A stretch of 64,000 nucleotides of DNA from a virus, in IMG/VR virus record IMGVR_UViG_3300019890_000004, positions 7,572 to 71,571 of that record; one strand, 5' to 3'. Shown piece by piece: positions 27,328-36,021 of this stretch. Both the position numbers and the translations under genes were made by a program. Numbering within the stretch: position 1 is the first letter of the stretch; each line of letters begins with the position of its first letter. Below the pieces are notes generated by a model, which was not told the DNA's origin, searched no databases, and saw only the letters and a list, made by a program, of their open reading frames with translations.

Positions 27328-27639
27328 ATGACCGAGACAGCCCCCGCCCCCGTACCCGGGCCTGCCCCCTCGCACGAGGGTTTCCTCGCCCGCCTCCGCG
27401 ACTGGTTCGAGAAGTTCGGGAAGACCGCCGAGTCCCGCCTCCTCGCCGTCGAAGCCGACCTCGGCAAGCTCAAGGGCCTCGGCCCCGAAGTGTCCGCCCT
27501 CGCGGCCATCGTGGAGAAGATCGCCGAGGCTGCCGGCCCGTCCGCCGCGCCCGAGATCGCCGCCCTCGCCGCCGGTGCCGGGAAGGTCGCGGCCCGCATC
27601 AGCGCGATCATCGCCAGCCTTGAGGCCGGCGGCGTGTAG
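27328..27639 (+). CDS. hypothetical helical protein
   Basis: AAGGAG RBS; last gene of the + arm. Confidence 0.7.
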   Translation: MTETAPAPVPGPAPSHEGFLARLRDWFEKFGKTAESRLLAVEADLGKLKGLGPEVSALAAIVEKIAEAAGPSAAPEIAALAAGAGKVAARISAIIASLEAGGV

Positions 27640-27669
27640 GCTTCCGCTGCACCGTAGTTTCAAGGGGAT

Positions 27670-27717
27670 CGCGAGACGCGCCTGACCGCCTCCGGGTGGC
27701 CAGGCGCGTTTTTCGCG
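27670..27717 (+). terminator. intrinsic terminator at the convergence of the two arms
   Basis: acgcgcctgacc/ggccaggcgcgt stem followed by a T run. Confidence 0.8.
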
Positions 27718-27753
27718 TTCCCGGCTATCCTCGGCCCGCTAGCGTGAGGGGTG

Positions 27754-27969
27754 TCAGTCTGGGTTTCTGACGTCCTGCTTGTCGATGATCACGACGCGCC
27801 CCCGCTGGCTTCGGTCAGCGGGGCGCGTTTTCGTGTTCGCCTCAGGACCTGGTCCCTCCGGGAGTCCGTCGTCCAGCAGGTCCCTGATCTCGGCGAGCAA
27901 GTTCCGCATTTCCTTGAGCGTGGCGAGGATCTGCTTCTGTGTAGCCTCGCGGGCCTCATCGATTCCCAT
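27754..27969 (-). CDS. hypothetical protein
   Basis: AGGAG RBS, helical. Confidence 0.6.
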   Translation of the reverse strand: MGIDEAREATQKQILATLKEMRNLLAEIRDLLDDGLPEGPGPEANTKTRPADRSQRGRVVIIDKQDVRNPD

Positions 27970-28044
27970 TACCGCTGCTCCTCTGTGTCTGTACGCACTT
28001 CCACGCGGAACGCGGCTAGTACTGCCGGGCCGATCAGACTTCCA

Positions 28045-28593
28045 TCACTCTCGGCGCGCCCGGCGCGTGATCGAGGCGGGCAAAACGGCACCGTAGGACC
28101 GGAACCGGGCCGCTTCGCCGGTGCCCTTCCCCGCGAGTTCCCTCGCGAGGGCGGCGACCTGGGCGGGGTCCTTCAGCTTCTCGAACGCCTCGGGGCTGAC
28201 GGGGTGTCCCGTGCCGCCGAGCTCCGTCGCTTCGAGCAGCAGCCGGAACGCCTCGTCGTCGGGCATCCACCCGCCTTCGGGCTTGCATCCCCACGGGCAC
28301 GGTAGCCATTCGACAGCGCCCCACAGGCGGCAGATCAGGGGCCTGATGCCGTAGGCCATGCACCGGCCGTCAGGTCCGAGGGCCTCGCACCAGAAGTCGT
28401 AGGGCGCGCGGCGGGCGGTCTCATCCGGGGTGATCTTGTGGCCCGCGAGCGCGAGACGCCGCCGTTCCCACGGGGTCATGCTGGCGGGTCCGCAGGAGAT
28501 CCAGCAGTTGCCCTTGCAGTCGGCCATCTTCGGTACCTGGTCGTAGATGGCCTGCATTCGCTCAGCGCGGCCGGGTGTGAGTTCCGCGCTCAT
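28045..28593 (-). CDS. YkgJ-like Cys-cluster (Fe-S/Zn) protein
   Basis: CKGNCWISC..CEALGPDGRC..RPLICR. Confidence 0.75.
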   Translation of the reverse strand: MSAELTPGRAERMQAIYDQVPKMADCKGNCWISCGPASMTPWERRRLALAGHKITPDETARRAPYDFWCEALGPDGRCMAYGIRPLICRLWGAVEWLPCPWGCKPEGGWMPDDEAFRLLLEATELGGTGHPVSPEAFEKLKDPAQVAALARELAGKGTGEAARFRSYGAVLPASITRRARRE

Positions 28594-28865
28594 GGAGCAC
28601 TCTCCCGCGATGTCCGCAGGTCGATCTCGTGGATGCACTCGGCGAGCATCTCCGCCCGGGTCATGGTCGGATCCCACTTCAGGATCCGGCAGCCGTCGAC
28701 GCCGCAGAACGCCTGGTCATCGCCGATCAGGAATACCGCGAGCGTCCCGCACTCGGGACAGTTCAGCCCGATCGGCTCTCGACCGCTATCCGGGTCCGGC
28801 CGTACCGGGGGCTGAGGGGGTCGCGGTCCTGGCATCCCCGGGGGCAGCATCGGCGGGTGGTGCAC
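28590..28865 (-). CDS. small Zn-ribbon protein
   Basis: CPEC..CGVDGC; start uncertain. Confidence 0.5.
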   Translation of the reverse strand: MHHPPMLPPGMPGPRPPQPPVRPDPDSGREPIGLNCPECGTLAVFLIGDDQAFCGVDGCRILKWDPTMTRAEMLAECIHEIDLRTSRESAP

Positions 28866-28867
28866 CG

Positions 28868-29649
28868 CTACCTCCCTTTCCGCGTGTAGGCCGTCAGGTA
28901 GCAATGGATTCCCCAGTAGGAGATGTGCGCGGGTGATCGCCCGGCTTCCTCCCATTCGCTGTCGACGAGCTTGAAGAACTCGTCGTCGGCACAGCACCCG
29001 CACTCGGGCTCGCCGCAGTAGATGAGCAGGTCGCCCTCGTAGCAGGAGAGGGCGTGGGCCGCCCATGGGTCGCCGTAGGACGGCCAGCACAGGAACAGGG
29101 CGCGGTCCGGGTGGCGTTTCGGCGCGTCGTGCCCGTCGCGGAGCAGTTCCGCCCATTCGCGGCGCGCGTACTTGTTGTCCGCGATGTCGAGCGGCTCGTA
29201 CGCGACCGCGTCGATGCCAGCCTGCCGCATCTGCCAGGACCAGTACCCCCCCCAGCGCCTGTCTCGACAGTGCCGCGCCCGGCGAGAACCCGCTTCATCC
29301 ACGTCATGTCGCCAGGCGAGGGGATCGACCAAGAGAACGTGCCGCACAGACCGTCCCTGCCCACGATGATGCGGTGGTCCGGTTGCGGGCTCATGACGTA
29401 CATGGCAGGTTCCGGGCGCGGCGGCCGCCAGAAGGTCGCGAGGTCTTCGAGGGGAAGCTGGCGGATGATCTCCCAGTACGGGTTCTCCGTGCCCTCCGCC
29501 ACCTGCTGGTCCCACTGGCTGCCCGCGATCCGGGTGTGCTCGACACGCGCCCGCAGGCCCGTGTCGCCGGGGTTCCGCCACCACTCCGCGAGATCGGCGA
29601 GGACGGCGACGGGATCAAGGGGCGTCTTCGCACTGGCCATGGCGGTCAT
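28868..29649 (-). pseudogene. SAM-dependent methyltransferase-like gene, frameshifted in a G8 run
   Basis: VETGAGG|GYWSWQ motif I split across frames at 29246-29253; LFLCWP..LIYCGE downstream. Confidence 0.7.
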
Positions 29650-29921
29650 CCTTCGCCCCGTCCCGTGTCGGACCCGTCGATCAGCTCCCGTACCTCCGCC
29701 TCCCGGTACCTGCGGTCCCGCCCTCCCGGGGTCAGGATGGACGTCAGCTTCCCCGTGCTCGCCCACCTGCGGACCGTCTTCGGGTCGACGCGGAACATTA
29801 CGGCGACCTCGCCGGTGCGCAGCAGCCTCTCCATGACTTCCGGCCCGCTGGTCCCCGGTGCCGTGCTGTCGCCCATCAGTCCCTCTCCCGTCCCTGGGTT
29901 CTTGTCGTCCTGTCCGTTCAC
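29646..29921 (-). CDS. bldC: BldC-family MerR-like DNA-binding protein
   Basis: LLRTGEVAVMFRVDPKTVRRWASTGKLTSILTPGGRDRRYREAEVREL closely matches Streptomyces BldC. Confidence 0.85.
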   Translation of the reverse strand: MNGQDDKNPGTGEGLMGDSTAPGTSGPEVMERLLRTGEVAVMFRVDPKTVRRWASTGKLTSILTPGGRDRRYREAEVRELIDGSDTGRGEG

Positions 29922-30274
29922 GCCCGTGCCGCCTGCGGGACTGGCCGCAGTACCGGACCCGGGCGGGGCATGTTCCTGGCCAGTGCGGCGAGCCTCGCCC
30001 GCGCTTTGTGCCCGAGCTGGCGCAGCGACCGCTTCCGGCCTCCCCGTCTGCGCCGCCACCAGATCCACGCCCACATCGCGGCGTTGAAGGCATGGACCCC
30101 GGTCAGCAGTCCGTCACCGTGGAGCGCATAGAACAGCGCGAGGACCGCGTAGGCGACCGCCGTCATTCCCGACAGGAACGCCGCCAGCGCCCAGCGGGCC
30201 GTCATGGCGGTCGCGATCGCGCCGAAGACGCAGGCCACGGCCGCGAAAGTCAGGCACCACTCCGCCCCGCTCAC
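29918..30274 (-). CDS. membrane protein
   Basis: three hydrophobic segments, Arg-rich tail. Confidence 0.65.
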   Translation of the reverse strand: MSGAEWCLTFAAVACVFGAIATAMTARWALAAFLSGMTAVAYAVLALFYALHGDGLLTGVHAFNAAMWAWIWWRRRRGGRKRSLRQLGHKARARLAALARNMPRPGPVLRPVPQAARA

Positions 30275-30591
30275 CCGGACGCCTGCGGGACGATGGACAC
30301 GAACTGTCCCGACGGGCAGGACGGCACTCCGTCGGTGAGCACTGGCGCGGTCACCGGCTGGTCCAGGTTCCATGCCGAGGTTGATAGCTGGAGGAAGCCC
30401 ATATTCCCCGCGGTGATGTTCACGCATACGCCGAGGTGGGCGGTCTCGGCGTTGCGCCCGGTCTGGCCCTGCGGCCCGGGCGCTCCCTGCGGGCCGCGCG
30501 GCCCGGACGGCCCGCCATGGGCGACGCTTACTCCCAGTGCCGCGCCGGCGAAGGCGCAGGCAATAAGCGAGATGATTCTCGCGAGCATCAT
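30271..30591 (-). CDS. secreted collagen-like small protein
   Basis: signal-like N-terminus, GPSGPRGPQGAPGPQGQTG, two distal Cys. Confidence 0.7.
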   Translation of the reverse strand: MMLARIISLIACAFAGAALGVSVAHGGPSGPRGPQGAPGPQGQTGRNAETAHLGVCVNITAGNMGFLQLSTSAWNLDQPVTAPVLTDGVPSCPSGQFVSIVPQASG

Positions 30592-31640
30592 CGGCCCCCT
30601 TCCGTGCATGACCGGATGGCCGCCTCGGCTGCCGGGCGGTTCTCGAATTTCACCGGTGACGGCGACGGGGCTGCCGGGTCGTCGGCGAGGTTGATGTTCC
30701 AGAACCAGATCCCGCGCATGTGCTCGGCGGCTGCTGCGGTGCAGGCGGCGGTGAACCAGCGTGCCTGCACCTCGTCGTCGGGCGGCCCGGACCCTGGCCA
30801 GTCCCACGGTCTCCCGTACGCGCCTGCCGCTGCGGGGATGCCGATCTCGTCGATCGCGGTCCGGTGCAGCACCGGCGCGGGGACGCGGGACAGGAAGGCC
30901 TCCCATGCCGCGGTCAGATCCGTCACCGTGGCGGTGGCCGGGAGGGCGATGTTCGGGTAGGCGGTCACCCCGTACTCGCTGACCGGCATGAGGTGGCCGT
31001 CACCGTAGAAGAACCCGCCGTCGCCCGGCTCCCCGCCCCACTGGGCGTAGGAGAGGATGCCGCGGTAGATGCCCGCCGCTTTCGCGAAGAACCAGGCCCA
31101 CCGGGGGCTCGACGCGATCGAGGCGCGCTCGGTCCCGGCGATGAACTCTGCGACATGGTCTTGCTGCGCGAGGGCCAGGTAGGGCCGTTCGGCGGCGAGG
31201 AGGCTGCCGAGGAACCCCGCGGGGCGCGCCGGGCGCAGCGGCTCGACGCGCCCCGGGACCCGCAGCAGCACCCGGTAGGTGACCTGGAGCCCGTACGAGC
31301 GGGCGATCGACGTCAGCGCGCCGATGTCGGCCGGCGGCGGGGTGCCGGGACCGGCCGCGTCGACGGTGCTCGCGCGGTCGCCGCGCACCTCGTACGTCCA
31401 TGCGATCTGCACCGCGCTGACGTGCAGGACGCGGGCAGCCCAGGCGATGCTCTGCCGCCCGCGCGCCTCCGTATCGGCAAGCGGCCAGTCCCGGTCGGCG
31501 TACAGCACGACGCCCGCCGTGAGCCGGTACGGCGCCGGGGAAGGCCCCGGGGGTACCGGGCCGGAGCTGAAGCTGAGGCGCGCCGTGCAGCCGGCCAGGA
31601 GCAGGGCCGCGGCCGCGCAGCCCGCAGCGCGCCGCCTCAC
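30588..31640 (-). CDS. glycoside hydrolase lipoprotein (GH113/clan A TIM-barrel-like)
   Basis: lipobox LAGC; AGTE and DEIG putative catalytic Glu; GIWFWN. Confidence 0.7.
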   Translation of the reverse strand: MRRRAAGCAAAALLLAGCTARLSFSSGPVPPGPSPAPYRLTAGVVLYADRDWPLADTEARGRQSIAWAARVLHVSAVQIAWTYEVRGDRASTVDAAGPGTPPPADIGALTSIARSYGLQVTYRVLLRVPGRVEPLRPARPAGFLGSLLAAERPYLALAQQDHVAEFIAGTERASIASSPRWAWFFAKAAGIYRGILSYAQWGGEPGDGGFFYGDGHLMPVSEYGVTAYPNIALPATATVTDLTAAWEAFLSRVPAPVLHRTAIDEIGIPAAAGAYGRPWDWPGSGPPDDEVQARWFTAACTAAAAEHMRGIWFWNINLADDPAAPSPSPVKFENRPAAEAAIRSCTEGGR

Positions 31641-34600
31641 CGGCGCAGCCTCCAGACGGTGACGGTCCCGTTGAACCCGGTCCATGACCTCACCGGGACC
31701 GCCCCGGCGAACACGCGCCGGAACGGCACGTCCCCGAGCGACTGCGTCGTCTGGAGGTAGGTGTCCCAGGTGATCGCCCAGGACGCTTCCCCTTCGCACG
31801 GGCCGGATACCTGCTCACGGCAGTACGGCTGGCCGATCAGGTCCCCGACGGCCTCGTCGGCGATCACGACCGCGCCGGGCGGGATCGATGCGGCCGCGTA
31901 CTGCTGCACGCCGGCGAACACGTTGTCGTCATGGGCGGCGACGCGGGCGCCGAACGACAGCAGCCCGGCCGCGACCGCCGCAGCGGCGATTACCGCGCGG
32001 TAACGCGGCCGCACTTGGCGCCGGTGCGCCTCCGTCCAGAAGTAGGCGTAGGCGGGAATGAGGATGAGGGCGAAGTACTGCGGGAACCGCAGCGAGCTGG
32101 CACCGAACACGACGACCCCGGCAGTCATCCACGACAGCAGCAGGGCGTTGCCGCGCAGCGAGGCGAGGTTCCGCGCCCGCCACGCCGACCGGACCCGCCG
32201 CAGCGCCGTCACCACGCCCGCGCACGCGACCGCGAGGCTGGCCGCGAACATCCAGTACTCGCCGAAGAGCAGGTGCAGCGCCTTCGCCGGCGATGTCAGC
32301 GTCCCGCCGGACTGCTGGACGCCGAGGACCCGGCGAACCTGCACTATCGTGTCCTGCCACCACAGGTGGCCGCCGAACATCCGCGCCTCGATGAGGATGC
32401 ACCCGGCGAACGCGGCGGCCGCGCAGCCGAGGAGCACCAGGTGCCCGCGGCGGTCACCGCGGCGGATGAGCCAGCACAGGGCGACCGCGACGAGAACATA
32501 CGTCCCGGTGTATTTGAACGCCGCGGCGAACCCCAGGACGGATCCGGCGGCGGCGAACCGCTGCCACGACGGGCGGTCCAGTGCCGCCTGGTACAGCAGC
32601 ATCCCGCCGGTGATGAGCGCGAGCAGCGCGTTCTCCAGGTAGCTGACCCGCTGGATGTACAGCAACCACCCGTCGAGCATGACCGGGACAATGGCGAACA
32701 GCGCCGTCCGCGGCCCGTGGACCCGCCGGACCAGCAGGTACAGCAGTCCCAGCGACGCAAGCGAGCACGCCGCCCCGAGGAGCCGGGCGTGGTAGACGGA
32801 CGGCCCGGCGGCGGCGAACCAGCGGGCGAGCGCCAGGAAGTAGAACGGCGGCTGGAACAGGTCAGTGGTCACCGCCGTGCCGTAGGTGGCGTGCTCGGCG
32901 AGCTGCCCGTGGCGCAGCAGGCCCGTCGCGACCTGGGTGTAGACGCCTTCGTCGTACTGCCAGCCGGGGCGGGATGCCAGGGACCACAGGCGCAGGACGG
33001 CACCGGCGGCGAAGACGGCGGCGAGCGCGAGCAGCCCGGCGCGTCCCAGCCCGCGCGCCGGCGCCCGCGGGCCCGCGGAATCCCACACCGGAGCGTCTCG
33101 TTCGGTGGGCATCAGCAGGGTAGTGGTCAGCGTCCACGCGAACACCCCGCCGAGGGCGAGGGCCGCGGCCGGGTAGGCGGCTGCCTCGAGGGACCGGGAC
33201 CGCACCGCTTCCCGTCCCGACAGGACTGCCAGCGCGCCGACCGCCAGTGCCAGCACCGCGAGGGCGTGCCCTTCCGCCGCGGCGGCGGCTGCCGCGATCA
33301 CCGCGGCGAGAGCGGCGACCGGGAGGCCGAAGGCCTGCGCCCTCCGCTTCCCCGCCAGCGCCGACCCCGGGTGCCGCCGGACGAACTGGGCGCACCCGTG
33401 CGCGGACCGCCGGTACTCGCGCACCAGGTGCGCGAACTTCTCCCGGTGATGATGATCACCGGTCAGGCCCGGGTGCATGGTGATCGGGCACCCGTCCTCG
33501 GCGAGGCGGTGCATCCACTCGTAGTCCTCGTACCCGTACGCCCACGCCACGTCCAGGGGGCACGCCTCGTACGCGGCCCGGGTGACGACCGCGTTGGCGG
33601 TGACCGGGGGCTTGCGGCCCCGGTGCCCGAAGTTCGCCGCCGTCACCGCGTACGGGCCCGGGATCCGCGACGTCTTCGCCGCCAGGATGTTGTTGTCGAC
33701 GAACCGGGGCCAGAACTTGTGCGGCCGGATCGCCCGCATCCCCCCGCCGACCAGGCCCCCGCCCTGCTCCCGCAGGAGGCCCACGGCCCGGGTCAGCCAC
33801 CCGGGGTCCATCACTATGTCGGAGTCCGCCAGGGCGATGACCTCCCCGTGCGCGGCCCGGACGCCCTTGTCCCGCTTCACGTTCGGGTCACGGCGGCCGG
33901 GGGTCTTCTCCTGCTCGACCAGCCTCAGCCGCCGGTCCCGCACTCCGTCCAGCGCGGCCCAGGTGGAGTCGCCGACGTCGCCGACGAGGATCACCTCGAG
34001 GAGCCCCGGGTAGTCCTGGGCGAGCAGCGACTCCACGGTCGCCAGGATCGTCGCCTCGTTCCCCTTGCAGGGGATCACCGCGCTCACGGAAGGCTGCCAC
34101 CGCGGCGGCAGCGGAACAACAGGCCGCAGCACCCCGCCGTCGCGGCTCTTGCGGGCGACGCGGGTGGCGGTGAACGTCCACAGGTCGCCGGTGACGTAGT
34201 TCGCCGCCAGGAACACGGCGGTGACTGCCAGGTTCGCGGCCAGCCACCCAAGGCCGACGCGCAGCAGCAGCGCGTACAGGGCGAAGTTCGGGGCGGTCAG
34301 GGCCAGCTTCTGCACGTTGAACCGCCACGCCGCCGGCCAGAACGGCGACCGCCGGTCCCGCCACGTCACCCGCCAGTTCAGGGCGAAGCTCGCCTCGATG
34401 CTGAACACGGCCTGCCCAGCGTAGGACCCGTACCGGCCTGCATGGGCGGCGACCAGGAGCGCCTGCACGGCAATGCCGGCGACGAGGACCAGGGCGCCGA
34501 TCGCGCTGAACGCGGTGAACCTCGCCCCGTGCCTGGCCAGGACCACGCCCGCGGGGGTCGACGGCGGGGCGGAATGACGGCCGCGGCCCGGGGCCATGAC

Positions 34601-34864
34601 TGCGGCTGCCCGGTCGAGCTCGGCGCGCTCCGGCTCGCCGAGCGCCCTGAGCTGGTCCCCGGGCGCAAGCCGTTCCTGCTCCCCGGTGTACGGCCCGTCG
34701 TACGGGGGGAACTCCCGCGTGGCGGTTACCGCCGACTGCCGTGCGGCGAGTTCCTCGAGCACTGCGGTCGCGTCGAGCACCTCGCCCGTATTCGGCCCGA
34801 GGTACGGCTGCTCCCGGAGTTCCCGCCAGTCTTCGTTGGGGAGGGTGGGGGCGTCGGCGTTCAC
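31637..34864 (-). CDS. fused GtrA flippase-like + GT2 + GT-C (ArnT/PMT-like) glycosyltransferase
   Basis: GtrA (RFTAFSAIG..NWRVTW..LWTF), GT2 (VIPCKG..ALADSD), GT-C (YDEGVY..QPPFY..KYTG, many TMs); GTG at 34864 after AGGAG. Confidence 0.85.
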   Translation of the reverse strand: MNADAPTLPNEDWRELREQPYLGPNTGEVLDATAVLEELAARQSAVTATREFPPYDGPYTGEQERLAPGDQLRALGEPERAELDRAAAVMAPGRGRHSAPPSTPAGVVLARHGARFTAFSAIGALVLVAGIAVQALLVAAHAGRYGSYAGQAVFSIEASFALNWRVTWRDRRSPFWPAAWRFNVQKLALTAPNFALYALLLRVGLGWLAANLAVTAVFLAANYVTGDLWTFTATRVARKSRDGGVLRPVVPLPPRWQPSVSAVIPCKGNEATILATVESLLAQDYPGLLEVILVGDVGDSTWAALDGVRDRRLRLVEQEKTPGRRDPNVKRDKGVRAAHGEVIALADSDIVMDPGWLTRAVGLLREQGGGLVGGGMRAIRPHKFWPRFVDNNILAAKTSRIPGPYAVTAANFGHRGRKPPVTANAVVTRAAYEACPLDVAWAYGYEDYEWMHRLAEDGCPITMHPGLTGDHHHREKFAHLVREYRRSAHGCAQFVRRHPGSALAGKRRAQAFGLPVAALAAVIAAAAAAAEGHALAVLALAVGALAVLSGREAVRSRSLEAAAYPAAALALGGVFAWTLTTTLLMPTERDAPVWDSAGPRAPARGLGRAGLLALAAVFAAGAVLRLWSLASRPGWQYDEGVYTQVATGLLRHGQLAEHATYGTAVTTDLFQPPFYFLALARWFAAAGPSVYHARLLGAACSLASLGLLYLLVRRVHGPRTALFAIVPVMLDGWLLYIQRVSYLENALLALITGGMLLYQAALDRPSWQRFAAAGSVLGFAAAFKYTGTYVLVAVALCWLIRRGDRRGHLVLLGCAAAAFAGCILIEARMFGGHLWWQDTIVQVRRVLGVQQSGGTLTSPAKALHLLFGEYWMFAASLAVACAGVVTALRRVRSAWRARNLASLRGNALLLSWMTAGVVVFGASSLRFPQYFALILIPAYAYFWTEAHRRQVRPRYRAVIAAAAVAAGLLSFGARVAAHDDNVFAGVQQYAAASIPPGAVVIADEAVGDLIGQPYCREQVSGPCEGEASWAITWDTYLQTTQSLGDVPFRRVFAGAVPVRSWTGFNGTVTVWRLRR

Positions 34865-34989
34865 GCGGCACTCCTGACCGTGCGGGCGATGTCGAGGCAT
34901 GCGGAGGCGAACGACACGGCACCGCAGGCGGCGAGGGCCAGTGCCGGAAGGATGTCGATGGGCTCGGCGAGGAGAACGGCGGCGATCAT
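34861..34989 (-). CDS. 42-aa membrane peptide
   Basis: MIAAVLLAEPIDILPALALAACGAVSF; overlaps both neighbours by 4 nt. Confidence 0.55.
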   Translation of the reverse strand: MIAAVLLAEPIDILPALALAACGAVSFASACLDIARTVRSAA

Positions 34990-35216
34990 GCGGCACCCTG
35001 CGCGGCCGGCCGCGGGTCGACGCGGCGCGCGTCGAGCCAGGCGTCAACGTCATCCAGGTCGTAGCGGACATGCTTGCCCACCGGGATGTACTTGGGGCCC
35101 TCGTGCTTGTGCCGCCAGTCCTTGAGGGTGTCCGGGGAGATCCCCCCCAGGTAATCGCCGACTTCCTCGGGACTCGCCAGCGGGCGCTTCTCGGGCGGCT
35201 TCTGTGCGCCGGGCAT
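34986..35216 (-). CDS. xis: excisionase/AlpA-like HTH protein
   Basis: SPEEVGDYLGGISPDTLKDWR..GPKYIPVGKHVRY; divergent from the repressor. Confidence 0.8.
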   Translation of the reverse strand: MPGAQKPPEKRPLASPEEVGDYLGGISPDTLKDWRHKHEGPKYIPVGKHVRYDLDDVDAWLDARRVDPRPAAQGAA

Positions 35217-35319
35217 GGCGCCCTCCTGATCCGGCAGGAATCCTGCTCTTAGGGAAGTAATGCAACCGGACCATACCGGAGCGGTTGCGCCCTGTCCAGC
35301 CAGATGGTTTACTGCCCGA

Positions 35320-36021
35320 ATGGCAGGATCAAAGGAAGCCGGCCCGGCGGCCAGGCTCGTCGCGGCGAACCTGCGGCGCATCCGCCAGGAGCAGGGGCTC
35401 AGCTACGCCGAGCTCGCCCGGCGGCTCGCCGCCATCGGCCACCCTGTCGGCGACACCGCGCTCCTCAAGACCGAGAAGGGGGACCGCAGGGCCAGCGTGG
35501 ACGACCTCGTCGCCTTCGCGATCGCGCTCGGGACCGCGCCCGGCCGGCTGCTGCTGCCCCCGATGGACATCGATCACCTCGCCGACGAGTACGAGCTCAC
35601 CCCGCAGGTGAAGGAAACGCCCCCGCTGCTGCACGCCTGGGCGGCAGGCGAGGTCCCCCTGGGCAGCCTGCCCGTGTCAGCGAGGAGCGACCGGGCCGCA
35701 CGGGGCGCGGAAGTGGTCTTCAGCCGGGAGAACCGGCCGCACCACTGGAACGCGCCTGCCCCGGCCGTCCCCGAGCCGGGCGAGGCCGCGGCACGGGTAT
35801 TCGCCGTCACCGGCATTGCCGCGTTCATCCAGGAGGCGTTCATCTCCGGCCTGTCCACCGCGGACATCCGCGCCGCCGTCGAGGGCGCGCTCGCGACAGC
35901 GCTCCTGATCCCCGACCCCGCCTCGGCATCCGTCCGGATCGAGGTAGACGAAGGCCGGGTGACCGTCTGGACCGGTCCCCCGGACTCCCCCGGCTCCCCC
36001 GAAGCGCAGGAGGAACAGTGA
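35320..36021 (+). CDS. XRE-family repressor
   Basis: NLRRIRQEQGLSYAELARRL..EKGDRRASVDDLVAFAIALG. Confidence 0.85.
   Translation: MAGSKEAGPAARLVAANLRRIRQEQGLSYAELARRLAAIGHPVGDTALLKTEKGDRRASVDDLVAFAIALGTAPGRLLLPPMDIDHLADEYELTPQVKETPPLLHAWAAGEVPLGSLPVSARSDRAARGAEVVFSRENRPHHWNAPAPAVPEPGEAAARVFAVTGIAAFIQEAFISGLSTADIRAAVEGALATALLIPDPASASVRIEVDEGRVTVWTGPPDSPGSPEAQEEQ

Noticed and set aside
35304-36017. 731-aa integrase as given by the ORF track
   Set aside because: The upstream part overlaps the repressor in another frame; RBS and coupling support GTG 36018.
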